From positions 288,001-352,000 of the forward strand of contig OZ240211.1 of assembly GCA_965197525.1 (NCBI GenBank): 64,000 nucleotides of DNA. Reading direction: 5' to 3'. The stretch comes from Nitrosopumilus sp. Lineage in GTDB: Archaea; Thermoproteota; Nitrososphaeria; Nitrososphaerales; Nitrosopumilaceae. The notes beneath the pieces were generated by a model. The model made no database searches. It saw nothing but the letters and a program-made list of their open reading frames with translations, and was not told the DNA's origin. Shown here in pieces: positions 50,241 to 60,192 of this stretch; the first letter of the stretch is position 1; the number at the start of each line of letters is the position of its first letter. The position numbers and the translations under genes are program-made.

Positions 50241-50411
50241 GGTTCTGTTGGGTTATTGAGGGATCAATTCGTGATCTGAAGTCGTCGAGAGCTGGTAAAG
50301 ATCTCTGAAATTTATGCATACGGGAAAAACAAGTGGATCACACTGATTCAGAACGCCTCACTTCACATGGAAAATTCAGTGTGATTGATCCCTCGATAAC
50401 TCCGCAGAACC
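50241..50411 (+). mobile_element. 171-bp MITE with IS6-like 28-bp imperfect TIRs
   Basis: GGTTCTGTTGGGTTATTGAGGGATCAAT versus right-end reverse complement GGTTCTGCGGAGTTATCGAGGGATCAAT (24/28); internal frame GKNKWITLIQNAS. Confidence 0.8.
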
Positions 50412-50463
50412 CAGAATCAGATTCTGTTTAATAATGTGGATATAGCGTAAAAATTATTGGTGA

Positions 50464-51318
50464 TTATAAAGGAATTACCCCTAAAAGATAATCCACTAAT
50501 AATGAGAATTTGTCATTGTCTCTGTTGTTGTATCGCCACTCCATCTCTTTGATATACAACAGAAATTTTTCAGATCCTATGCCGTGATGTTTGGCAAGCT
50601 GTTCCTTTGCAAAGCTCCAGAATCCCTCTATGCCATTTATGTAAACTCTGCCTCTTGCAAATATCTTGCTGTGATCCACTGACATATGCTTGTACCCGTG
50701 AAACATCAACGAATCATATCCATGCCACATGTCCGTGTATACGATGCTTCCTCTCTTTACTTTCTTGATGGTTCCATGCAAAAGTGTCTTGGTCTTTACA
50801 TTCTTTACAATCTCCACATGAACCTTGCCGCCTCTCTCCAGTATTCCAAACACTATGGTCTTGTTTTTGGCACCACGCCCCCGATTTCCTTTTCTTTTAC
50901 CTCCAAAATACGCCTCATCAGCCTCAATTTCTCCTCTTACCTTCCTGTCGGATTTGGCCAGATTATACAGTATGCTGCGCCTGATGCAGTCAAATGCAAG
51001 TAATGCGGTAGGATAGCTAGTGCCGGTCTCAATTCCTGCACGTCTTGCACTTGTACCAAGCTCAAATAGTTTGATCAATGTAAGCCATTTTGTAAAATCA
51101 ATATTGATGTTGCCAAGCCACGTATTTTCAAATGGTTTGTAATCGAATCTGCAGTTCTGACACCGGAGCCTTGCTCTTGACATGACATAATATTTTTTGG
51201 AATTGCATGACGTACAGTTGATGGTATGTTTTCTTTTGAATCTGTTGCAAAGGAATTCTAATAACGACGCTTTGTCAGAAATGATTCCCGACAACTCAAT
51301 CAGACTGGTTTCCACCAT
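50464..51318 (-). CDS. IS1595-family (ISXO2-like) transposase
   Basis: N-terminal zinc ribbon; EIEADEAYFGG, VYTDMWHGY, INGIEGFWSFAK. Confidence 0.9.
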   Translation of the reverse strand: MVETSLIELSGIISDKASLLEFLCNRFKRKHTINCTSCNSKKYYVMSRARLRCQNCRFDYKPFENTWLGNINIDFTKWLTLIKLFELGTSARRAGIETGTSYPTALLAFDCIRRSILYNLAKSDRKVRGEIEADEAYFGGKRKGNRGRGAKNKTIVFGILERGGKVHVEIVKNVKTKTLLHGTIKKVKRGSIVYTDMWHGYDSLMFHGYKHMSVDHSKIFARGRVYINGIEGFWSFAKEQLAKHHGIGSEKFLLYIKEMEWRYNNRDNDKFSLLVDYLLGVIPL

Positions 51319-51448
51319 GAATAATTAGAGATTATGGGTAATCTAGATTATGCATAATTTATTCAAGTCTAACAACTGATTAATTTTAGTACTAGGACAA
51401 ATATTGATGATCATCTAATTCTATATCATACTAAACCAACGTTAGTGA

Positions 51449-52684
51449 ATGTCAAATCCATCTAAGATCAAGATGTTGCAAGATGCTCTTGCACAGTCCA
51501 AAAACGAAAACAAAAGACTAGAAATGGTTGTAGGGCAAAAGGACAAAGAGATAGAGCGGGTTGTAGGGCAAAAGGACAAAGAGTTGAGCTTTGAGCACAG
51601 CTTGTGGAAAACCAGACATAATACCAACATACAAGCAAGCCCGGAAAATGCCGCGCTGTTGCACAGACTTGAGACACTAGATGGCATAATAAATAACAAG
51701 AAACTGCTTCGTGGAGTAACATCGCTTAGCAAAGAAGTGTTTGAATATTTACTAGATAATTTTGAGAAGGAAATCAAAAAGTACAAAGATGCACCGTTAT
51801 TTCGTAACAACGAGTCAAGAGCAGAAGATCCCGGCAACCGTTGTAAACTCTATCCAAGACATGCACTTCTCATGTGTCTGATACGCTTCAAGGGCAATCG
51901 GACACAGGAAGACCTAGCGGCATTCTTTGGGATAGACCAGTCTAGCGTATGCGATTATCTCAAGTTCTGCAACAAGATACTTGGCATTATACTTCCAACA
52001 CCACACAAGATCTCAAAGGCGATATCAAATTGCAAGACTGCAGGTGAACTAAAAGAGTTTATTTCTGGAAATGGTGCAGGGGTGCTACTAGTCGATGGCA
52101 CTCACATACCAGTACTTCGTTCAGGTGACAAGGATAGAAGAAAAGAGACGTACTCAGGCAAGAAGAAGAGGCACACGTTAAACACCACCATAACAACTGC
52201 TACAAACAACATCATACTAGGACTAGGTAATACCGTAGTAGGCAAGACACACGACCTGACACTGCTCAAAGAGGATTCGCTTCCGTTTGGCAGATGGGCT
52301 AAAAAAATGCATGACGGGGACGCCCCCGCAAAAGAGAAATTCACAGTGTACATGGATCTAGGATATCTTGGGATACAAAATGCTATTCCCGGTGCAAACG
52401 TAATCATGCCTCACAAGAGACCACGTAAGAAAAAAGGAGAAAAGAAGAGAGGCAAGCTGACAGCTGTACAAAAAAAGCACAACAAAAAGGTCAGCAGTAT
52501 CAGGGTGACAGTAGAGAATAGTATCGGCAGGCTCAAACAGTATGCCAGGATGAGTGATCCGTATGATGGCACAGAAGATGAGCTCAACTACGAAATGAAT
52601 ATCGTTGCAGGCTTGGTAAACTTGCACCTGATGATGACACTTCGCAGAGGAAGTACCAAGATGCGCAAAAGATTCTGTGGTTAA
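51449..52684 (+). CDS. IS5-family (ISL2/Harbinger-like DDE_Tnp_4) transposase
   Basis: LVDGTHIP, YSGKKKRH, YMDLGYLG, RVTVENSIGRLKQY; N-terminal coiled coil. Confidence 0.88.
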   Translation: MSNPSKIKMLQDALAQSKNENKRLEMVVGQKDKEIERVVGQKDKELSFEHSLWKTRHNTNIQASPENAALLHRLETLDGIINNKKLLRGVTSLSKEVFEYLLDNFEKEIKKYKDAPLFRNNESRAEDPGNRCKLYPRHALLMCLIRFKGNRTQEDLAAFFGIDQSSVCDYLKFCNKILGIILPTPHKISKAISNCKTAGELKEFISGNGAGVLLVDGTHIPVLRSGDKDRRKETYSGKKKRHTLNTTITTATNNIILGLGNTVVGKTHDLTLLKEDSLPFGRWAKKMHDGDAPAKEKFTVYMDLGYLGIQNAIPGANVIMPHKRPRKKKGEKKRGKLTAVQKKHNKKVSSIRVTVENSIGRLKQYARMSDPYDGTEDELNYEMNIVAGLVNLHLMMTLRRGSTKMRKRFCG

Positions 52685-52998
52685 TACAAGGGCGGCAGTG
52701 ATGTCGCCATACCAATGACACAGCAATTACCGCGCACCTGACGTGCCGTATGCCTGCACAGGTTGTTTTGGTTTTTTTCGTTTCTATATCCATACTATTC
52801 TGATTAAAGATCCGGACAAAATCGCTTTCACCATTGAAATCTAAATTAGATGTTCAAAAACAAGACAACCAACTAAGATATGGAAGTGTCTTGAATAATA
52901 CACGCAGTGCTAGAAGAGATCCGGATGTACATAGCCGTCACACGGTAATAATAACACAGAATGATCTGTTCAGTGTGCAGATATTTTGTGTATGCTGA

Positions 52999-54150
52999 TC
53001 ACTGTTGTATGATTGTAGGGCCTACAGGTATGATCCGCGGAGGGTGCCACGGCCCGTTTTGATTTTTGAGGGCCTCCTGCATATATCTGAACAGTTTGAC
53101 TATGGCCACTTCTCTGCTGTGCAACAGCTGCCTGATCCTCTTTTGCAGCTCGTCTAGCCCTCCAAAAAACATGTCTGCAACTGCACGCCTTATCTCGCGC
53201 CACTGTATCTCGATTGGATTGTGCTGCGGGGTACGGGGAGGTAGAAACCACAAGATGACATCGCCCTTGGTGCTTTTAATATAGTTGCCCATCTGTCTGC
53301 CGGTGTGGGCTGCCGCGTTGTCAAGTATTACAAACACCTTGCCGTACCTGTATCTGAGATACTCCAAAAGTGCAATCGTACTATTGGCATCCGTCTTTTG
53401 ATGGAACTGTATGTCAAGCGTGCCCAGTCCCAGTGCCCCTATGATCTTTATGCTCTTTTTTGAAAAATTAATCTGGACCGTGTCCTTTCCGCCTTTTGCC
53501 CGTATGCCCCGCGTCGATGAGGGCGCATCTACAAAGGCTGCGGCGTCCACACATACTGCTTTGTAATGCTTGTTGTCATATTTTTTGAGCATCTTTATGG
53601 TTTCGCAGATGTATTCATCCTGCTTTTCAGGCGTGGCACAGTTGTACGGCACGGGTCTTGCATATCTGACAGAGAAACCAATCTTTTTTGTCAGCTGTAA
53701 CGCGCCGCTTGCACCGTACGCCACTTTGAACCTGTTTTTGATATGACAGGCGACAATCTTTGCGGTCCACGAACCACGCAGAAAACCGCATTCTGCAGGA
53801 CTTTTGCCAAGATCCATTCTCAGTCTGTTTTTTTGCTTGACAGAGAGGCGACACGGCCTTCCCGGACTCTTCCTGTCGTGTATGCGTTTGATTCCTCCGA
53901 CGGCCAGACGCAGCAGCCACCCATAGACGGTACTTTTTGCAACTCCAAGAGCTTGGGATATCTGCCTGAATGAACTGCATTGCTTTCTGAGTCTGACTGC
54001 CTGTAGCACGCACTTGACCTTGTAATCCGTGCTGCCTGCGTGCAGTGATTCAATGTCTGCCATATCGACATCTGGAAGAAACGATTTCCCTCGTTCCACT
54101 ATACATGCAGCAGGGACATCCGTACTATGCAAGATATTTCTGCGTCTCAT
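52999..54150 (-). CDS. IS630-family transposase, apparently intact
   Basis: HTH with SPGRP; CVDAA, ILDNAAAH, LPPRTPQHNPIEIQW. Confidence 0.9.
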   Translation of the reverse strand: MRRRNILHSTDVPAACIVERGKSFLPDVDMADIESLHAGSTDYKVKCVLQAVRLRKQCSSFRQISQALGVAKSTVYGWLLRLAVGGIKRIHDRKSPGRPCRLSVKQKNRLRMDLGKSPAECGFLRGSWTAKIVACHIKNRFKVAYGASGALQLTKKIGFSVRYARPVPYNCATPEKQDEYICETIKMLKKYDNKHYKAVCVDAAAFVDAPSSTRGIRAKGGKDTVQINFSKKSIKIIGALGLGTLDIQFHQKTDANSTIALLEYLRYRYGKVFVILDNAAAHTGRQMGNYIKSTKGDVILWFLPPRTPQHNPIEIQWREIRRAVADMFFGGLDELQKRIRQLLHSREVAIVKLFRYMQEALKNQNGPWHPPRIIPVGPTIIQQ

Positions 54151-54439
54151 ACCGGTCCGACCCTTCTGCCATACCGCGCGTAGTTAGTTGGGATTAACTT
54201 GCAGTGAAGAAAAAATTTACATACGTTCTTAAGCGTTGTTCCTGTGAGTGTTTGTTGTGTGCGTCCCTTCATTTGTGGATATCTGAAGGGATTTCACACT
54301 GTATGTTATTAAGAGACGGTATCAATTACGTTTGAATTACAGCTAAACTGATTTAAAACGTAAGGCACGCACATGCAGGATTGATCAGATCGTGTTGATT
54401 ACCCATTCACGCATCTGTTGTAGGAACTTTTTCTAGAAA

Positions 54440-55137
54440 GTGTCCGGATCTTTAATCAGAATAGTATCCATATATGTGGACTTTTTATCACAAATTGTTT
54501 TATTGTTTACACATATGTTACTAAAAAATGTAATACACATATATTATAATCGATTACCCATAATCTCTAATGATGAAATGACAGCAAATGAGATTGCCGA
54601 AAAGACTAAGATGTCGTTGCCACTAGTAATACACCACTTAAGCACGATGTCACAAGCAGGTGTTGTCAATATTACCAAGACACGTTTAAACAGCAAAAAC
54701 CAGCCAATGAAATGTTACACGGTCAAAACTGGAATTCTAATTTTACCTGAACAGGCATCTATAAACGCAAAAAAAAAAGTAAATCCCTCTCCAACTCACT
54801 GCGGAGAATTATGCGGTTTTCTGCCATTGGAATGGCAGGATTGGCATCATGGTTATTAATACCAAAATCAAATACAGAGATTGCAATAACTGTACCGCCT
54901 TCTGAATCGGACAACGTGGTAAACAATCAAAGCAGAGATCCTGTTTTAGACATTCTTCCAACAGAAGAATCCGGAATAGAACAATTGTTTCTTGAATTTT
55001 GGACTGATTCCACCACAATCGAACCATTATTGATTTGGATAACTATTCCGATCATGATTGTTGTAGCAGGTATTGGTTTGGGCACTGTGCTTGTCAGATT
55101 ATTTAGAAAAAAACATGACGAACTTGTACATAAATAA
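54440..55137 (+). pseudogene. Winged-helix regulator fused to TM segments, frameshifted at an A10 tract
   Basis: EMTANEIAEKTKMSLPLVIHHLSTM; after the A10 at 54769-54778 the other frame continues KKSKSLSNSLRRIMRFSAIG with two TM helices; true start uncertain. Confidence 0.65.
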
Positions 55138-55227
55138 CTACATAAACATGACTTTGATCTGGATCCCTCTTTCTGGCAGTTCTATTTGGAGGGTCTGCCC
55201 CAAAATGTCGCACGCACAAATAATAAT

Positions 55228-55255
55228 ATATTTCTAAATTCGAATTTAGAAATAT
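55228..55255. promoter_or_regulatory. Perfect 28-bp palindrome, copy 1
   Basis: ATATTTCTAAATTCGAATTTAGAAATAT. Confidence 0.7.
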
Positions 55256-55522
55256 TTAATATTTACAGACTGAAACAGCAAAAAGACAAGTCAAAGTGCA
55301 AGAACAAGACAGGGATTAAAAATTATTGCAAAGACAACAGACATTGAACTCGAATGTCATAATATCTGAAGAAAAAAGAAAACAGTGCATCATAATCCAT
55401 ACTTTAAATCACAGTCTCTGATTTGCAAGTATGAACGCAGTAATTAGTACAGTGACATAACAGGTATTTACTAGAAATTCATCAAATACTAACAGTGAAC
55501 AAATCCAGGCACAAATTATAAT

Positions 55523-55550
55523 ATGTTTCTAAATTCGAATTTAGAAATAT
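55523..55550. promoter_or_regulatory. 28-bp palindrome, copy 2 (one mismatch)
   Basis: ATGTTTCTAAATTCGAATTTAGAAATAT. Confidence 0.7.
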
Positions 55551-56230
55551 TGTATATCCATGTCATAAAACAACCAAGCAAGAAATTATGTATTATTATA
55601 TGGAACAAAAGATGCAACACACGAAAATGATGCAGGTTGTAAAAATAGAATTAGATAAAAGAAGAAGAAGCATAGAACTAGTAATTTAGTGAATACAATG
55701 TTATAGCAAAATCACATCAAAATAAAAAAAGCAAAAGATATTGACAATATGTCATTTGTCAATTTTACGCCTAAGAGCTAAACCCCCATATACAAAATTG
55801 TATTTTAGGCATGTGGTGATATTTTCAAGATCAGGCAATTTTATGGGGGGTTTAACATTTGAGCCTAGATAAAAAAGGCAAGTGCAATTTCACCATGGTA
55901 GCACAGGTAAACATGTCCAAAGTATTGTAGTTGTGCGTAAAAGCTAAACCCCCCATTTTACGATACATTATACATTTTAGAACGGCAGATAATCAGAGTT
56001 TGATTTTCAAAACCAGATTGAGGTGGTTAACCGTCATTGTGGTGGCGATAATGAAGAGAATGGCCAGAGATGCATTACAACGTTAATAGAATAGCACAAA
56101 AATGGTTCAAAGTATGCATGATAAGGCAAGAATGATGTCAAAGGGTAGGGGGTTTTTGGCTCAAGATGCCCAATGAATTAGACAAATGCAGAGGCGTTTC
56201 AACTATATACCAAGATATCAAAGATAGGGC

Positions 56231-56740
56231 ATGGTACGTATTGGGTTCATAGCAGTAATTGCTGCAGTAATTGTAACCATGGTAATAGCAAATTATGCGT
56301 ACATACAGTACCAGACAAATTATATCGAAGCACAGGAAGGCGACACGATCACAGTTGGTCCGGTAGAGTATGTTATTACCTTTGAAGGCACAAGTGAGGG
56401 AACTAAACAAACCGCACCTGAGAACACGTTTGTAAAAATTGGAATAGTTGCAAAAAACATCAGTAACGAGAAAACAGTACTTTCAGGAGGACAGTTCTAC
56501 ATTGTTGATGAAAGAGAACAGAAACATGAAGCAGTTTTTGGCGAATTTTCAGCAAAAGATCTACTCATAGAAGCTATAGAACCAGGCGAGACAGTAGAGA
56601 GAACAACGCAATTTGACATTCCGTTTGATGATGAGAAACAATACAAAATTATTGTAAGACCGCAAAAAGAACAATCAACAGTTGACACAGCTGTTGTTTG
56701 TATAACAAATTGCCAGTTATCATTTAATGATAATGAATAG
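56231..56740 (+). CDS. DUF4352-like Ig-fold membrane-anchored protein
   Basis: N-terminal TM helix; FVKIGIVAKN, QFYIVDE, IEPGETVER, FDIP. Confidence 0.7.
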   Translation: MVRIGFIAVIAAVIVTMVIANYAYIQYQTNYIEAQEGDTITVGPVEYVITFEGTSEGTKQTAPENTFVKIGIVAKNISNEKTVLSGGQFYIVDEREQKHEAVFGEFSAKDLLIEAIEPGETVERTTQFDIPFDDEKQYKIIVRPQKEQSTVDTAVVCITNCQLSFNDNE

Positions 56741-56907
56741 GCCAAGATACGTAATGATGTAATTGCTACCGCTATGATTCTGTTGTTTGCATAACAAATG
56801 ATCAAAAATAAATTACAAAAAACTAAAAAATTTGTCAAATTTTTTTATTGTTAGTGTAATTATGTATGACTTTTAACATATAACACACATGATCATTCCA
56901 AAAAATC

Positions 56908-57249
56908 ATGGCAAGAGCTAAAACAGGTAAAAGAACTGCATCTAAAAAAGGGACAGCTAAAAAGGCAGCGCCTAAAAAAGCAGCAGCTAAAAAGAGAACT
57001 GTAGCTAAAAAGGCAGCGCCTAAAAAAGCAGCAGCTAAAAAGAGAACTGTAGCTAAAAAGGCAGCGCCTAAAAAAGCAGCAGCTAAAAAGAGAACTGTAG
57101 CTAAAAAGGCAGCGCCTAAAAAAGCAGCAGCTAAAAAGAGAACTGTAGCTAAAAAGGCAGCGCCTAAAAAAGCAGCAGCTAAAAAGAGAACTGTAGCTAA
57201 AGGCAAAGCTGCCTCTAAACGTAAAACAGCATCAAAGAAAGGCAATTAA
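56908..57249 (+). CDS. Histone H1/HC2-like Lys/Ala-rich protein
   Basis: Five AKKAAPKKAAAKKRTV repeats; no acidic residues. Confidence 0.75.
   Translation: MARAKTGKRTASKKGTAKKAAPKKAAAKKRTVAKKAAPKKAAAKKRTVAKKAAPKKAAAKKRTVAKKAAPKKAAAKKRTVAKKAAPKKAAAKKRTVAKGKAASKRKTASKKGN
56956..57195 (+). repeat. Five identical 48-bp tandem repeats
   Basis: GCTAAAAAGGCAGCGCCTAAAAAAGCAGCAGCTAAAAAGAGAACTGTA x5. Confidence 0.95.
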
Positions 57250-57465
57250 ACAAAAATTGCCATTACTAATTTTTTTCCAAGACATTACAATGTAAAACAA
57301 TCATGTTTAACTGGGTTATCAACATGAATAATATTAACTGGGGTATAATACACATCTAAACAGTTACAGACTAACTAATCTAGTAGCAATACACATTTTT
57401 GAATAATGCACGGCTTATTACTGCACAGTATACGGCCATCAATTAACCAAACACCTTCATTTATC

Positions 57466-57493
57466 ATATTTCAAAATTCGAATTTAGAAATAT
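57466..57493. promoter_or_regulatory. 28-bp palindrome, copy 3 (one mismatch)
   Basis: ATATTTCAAAATTCGAATTTAGAAATAT. Confidence 0.7.
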
Positions 57494-57502
57494 TCAAAAT
57501 TG

Positions 57503-57913
57503 CTATGAAGAATCATCTGATGTAAGCATTACAAAAATTTTATCAGGTTTGATTCTTAAAATTATTCGTCTTTCACCATCGCGCTTAAATGGGTAGGTCA
57601 TTACCCCCAGATATTGCTGTGCAAGTTTATCAATATGCTTGTAATCAGAATCAGGAATTATTTCTTCAAGAGTTCCCCGAATTGTAACCATATCAAGTGG
57701 ATTGTGCGCAGAGACTAGAGATATTGCAACACGTGGATCACGTAAAACATTCTTGTGTTTTACTCTTTGTGCTGCCGTATTGATTAGAATAAATCCATCT
57801 GCATCACAATTTGCCCACACAGGAGTTAGCTGGGGCGACCCATCAGGCATAAGGGTAGCGATAAACACTATGTTTTTTTCAGAGAGCATCTTTACGAGTT
57901 TATCATCCAACAT
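57503..57913 (-). CDS. PPOX-class F420-dependent oxidoreductase
   Basis: ATLMPDGSPQLTPVW, KHKNVLRDPRVAIS, RIILRIKP; start MLDDKL chosen. Confidence 0.85.
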   Translation of the reverse strand: MLDDKLVKMLSEKNIVFIATLMPDGSPQLTPVWANCDADGFILINTAAQRVKHKNVLRDPRVAISLVSAHNPLDMVTIRGTLEEIIPDSDYKHIDKLAQQYLGVMTYPFKRDGERRIILRIKPDKIFVMLTSDDSS

Positions 57914-58022
57914 CAATGTAACACCATAGTTACAATAATAATAACATGCTGTCATAGTATGGATTGATAGATCTACAAATACAGCAACAAATTGATGTAA
58001 GAAGCAATCAACAAAACTTTGA

Positions 58023-58526
58023 TTATTGCTCACGAGATTTTTCAAGAACGTTAGTCATTGCTCGATTCATTATCTCCACCATCAAATACTGAGAGTACTC
58101 TTCTGATTTTTTACCTTTTGATATAGTTATTTTTGGCGTCAATCCTTTGAGAATCTTTTCGATCTTGGTAGACGTGTTATCAATTACTTTAGAGTACACT
58201 GAATCAAAATCTACAGGAGTTTCAAAATCCAGCAGTTTGGTAGAGGTGCTGTAAAATTTTGAGATAGCACCACGTGATTCTTCAATCCTTGCAATTTCTA
58301 TTAACCCAGACTCTTTTAGTATCTCTAAATGATGACGTATCGTTGTTAGTGCTTTTTTATAGCCTAGCTTTTGTAGTGTGGAAGAAATTTGATCAGCTGA
58401 CAATGCCTGGTGATAAAGAATTTCTACAATTTTAGCTCGTACAGGGTCTTCAATTGCACGTGCGTGTATAATACTTGTCGTAACTATACGATTAACTTTG
58501 ATCTGTTTTTCTAGCAGAGTTGACAT
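58023..58526 (-). CDS. ArsR-type winged-helix transcription regulator
   Basis: AIEDPVRAKIVEIL, TIRHHLEILKESGLI. Confidence 0.85.
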   Translation of the reverse strand: MSTLLEKQIKVNRIVTTSIIHARAIEDPVRAKIVEILYHQALSADQISSTLQKLGYKKALTTIRHHLEILKESGLIEIARIEESRGAISKFYSTSTKLLDFETPVDFDSVYSKVIDNTSTKIEKILKGLTPKITISKGKKSEEYSQYLMVEIMNRAMTNVLEKSREQ

Positions 58527-58759
58527 ACAAAAATATCTAGAAACCCAAGCTAAAAGAGCCTAACATCATATTTTTCATCCAAATGAATCAAATTTTATTC
58601 ACTCAAAAGGATCAGACAGGTACCAATTACATAAGATCGTTATCATATGTATTAAAATATACTATTAATCACATACCAGTATTATAATTATGGTAGCATA
58701 ACTAGTAATTATAGAATACTATAATTAAAATTAAAATGTATGATATCATTACATACTGC

Positions 58760-58778
58760 TACTATTAAAATAATAGTA
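58760..58778. promoter_or_regulatory. Inverted repeat, candidate operator
   Basis: TACTATTA-AAA-TAATAGTA upstream of the ArsR gene; further half-sites near 58659 and 58717. Confidence 0.4.
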
Positions 58779-59095
58779 AAACTAGTAAACTGATAACAGT
58801 AGTAGAAATATTATAACAAATTGATAAATATTGTATCGGTTTTGAAAAATAACAAAATGGCTAAAAAAACACGTATTTGGTAAAATATGGTAGTAAACAA
58901 GGGAATGGGATCAAGGATTCAAGATACGAATTCGAGTTTTAAACGATGCTCGTGCACGAAAAAATAGAATCTGAGTTGATAACGCCATAACATCTCTGGA
59001 TAATCTTAGCGTTTTACAGAAATTTCATACAAGTAGAACCTAGAAGCATGTTTGAGAGTACCATCATACAATCTTTTTACTAAAAATAGTAAAAT

Positions 59096-59929
59096 CTAGC
59101 TCAACGACTGACCTGAAAATCTTTCATATGCTAGAACGTATCGTGCAGTCAATTGTGAGATCACATCTTGCGGGATTGCAGGAGGTATCGGTTCTTGTTT
59201 TGCTTTGCGCTGTTCTTCAAACTGTCTTTGATATCCATTGGCAGTAAGCCAATCACGCAACAGTTGTTTGTCATATGCATCCTGTATACTACCTACCTTG
59301 TACGAATCCTTTAACCACAACCTATACTCGTCAGGACCAATAGAGTCCCCCAAGACAATCTTGTCATCTATAACACCAAATTCTAGCTTTAAATCAGCCA
59401 AGATAAATCCAGCATCATCTGCAACGCGGGACATCTTTTTATAAATATCAATAGATGTTTTTTCAAGCCAATCATACTGACTGCCTGTAACAAGATTCAT
59501 CTCTATTGCAAGAGTCCTACCTATCGGGATATCATGCTCTGATTTAGTGGTTGGATCAAATATTGGTTCTGATAATTTTGATGCAAGTCTTGTGTCAGTT
59601 ATTTCAGGCAAGGGTTTTGGCAGGGTGTTATCGTTATACCGAGTAGCAAGACTGCCATAAAAATAACCTCGTACTATACATTCTATTGGCAACATCCTCA
59701 TCTTTTTTACAACAAGCTCAGTACTAGACTTGCGTTGAACAAAGTGATTAGGAACATCCAGATGGCTAAACCAGAATTCTGCAAATCGACACAACACTTC
59801 GCCCTTATGTGGAATGTCTTGCTTGAACTTTACATCATATGCTGACACACGATCTGAGAATCGAAATAGTATGGTATCATTATCAATCTCGTATAGATCC
59901 TTTACCTTTCCACTAGCCAAGAATTTCAA
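59096..59929 (-). CDS. purC: SAICAR synthase
   Basis: SGKVKDLYE, SDRVSAYD, LADLKLEFG, GPDEYRLW, DKQLLRDWL. Confidence 0.95.
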   Translation of the reverse strand: MKFLASGKVKDLYEIDNDTILFRFSDRVSAYDVKFKQDIPHKGEVLCRFAEFWFSHLDVPNHFVQRKSSTELVVKKMRMLPIECIVRGYFYGSLATRYNDNTLPKPLPEITDTRLASKLSEPIFDPTTKSEHDIPIGRTLAIEMNLVTGSQYDWLEKTSIDIYKKMSRVADDAGFILADLKLEFGVIDDKIVLGDSIGPDEYRLWLKDSYKVGSIQDAYDKQLLRDWLTANGYQRQFEEQRKAKQEPIPPAIPQDVISQLTARYVLAYERFSGQSLS

Positions 59930-60016
59930 GTAATAATCATTAATTTTGATAGAATTTAACTGCTAGGATTAATAAAGAGAGATATTCAAATAACTTTCTG
60001 ACCAGCTAGTTACATA

Positions 60017-60166
60017 ATGAAAAAACTAGACGGATCAATAACTAATATGCTACGACATCTTCGAGCAGATGATCCTTACACGTACAAGATACCATTAGAC
60101 AAGTTTAAAGAATTAGACATCATCACGATTGATGCCGACAAGGACGAAGAAATACCACCAACGTAG
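60017..60166 (+). CDS. Possible small protein (49 aa)
   Basis: Manual translation MKKLDGSITNMLRHLRADDPYTYKIPLDKFKELDIITIDADKDEEIPPT fills the purC-DUF427 gap. Confidence 0.3.
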   Translation: MKKLDGSITNMLRHLRADDPYTYKIPLDKFKELDIITIDADKDEEIPPT

Positions 60167-60192
60167 AATAGCAATGTATCAGTAACAACAGA

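Noticed and set aside
51419-52796. TTCTATATC(C)ATACT on both sides of the ISL2-like transposase as a target duplication
   Set aside because: Imperfect, longer than expected for the family, and no convincing TIRs inside it
22010-54200. tRNA-Asn as an integration site for an island
   Set aside because: No duplicated tRNA 3' end and no integrase found; the only match is a 7-bp GGGCGGC near 52690
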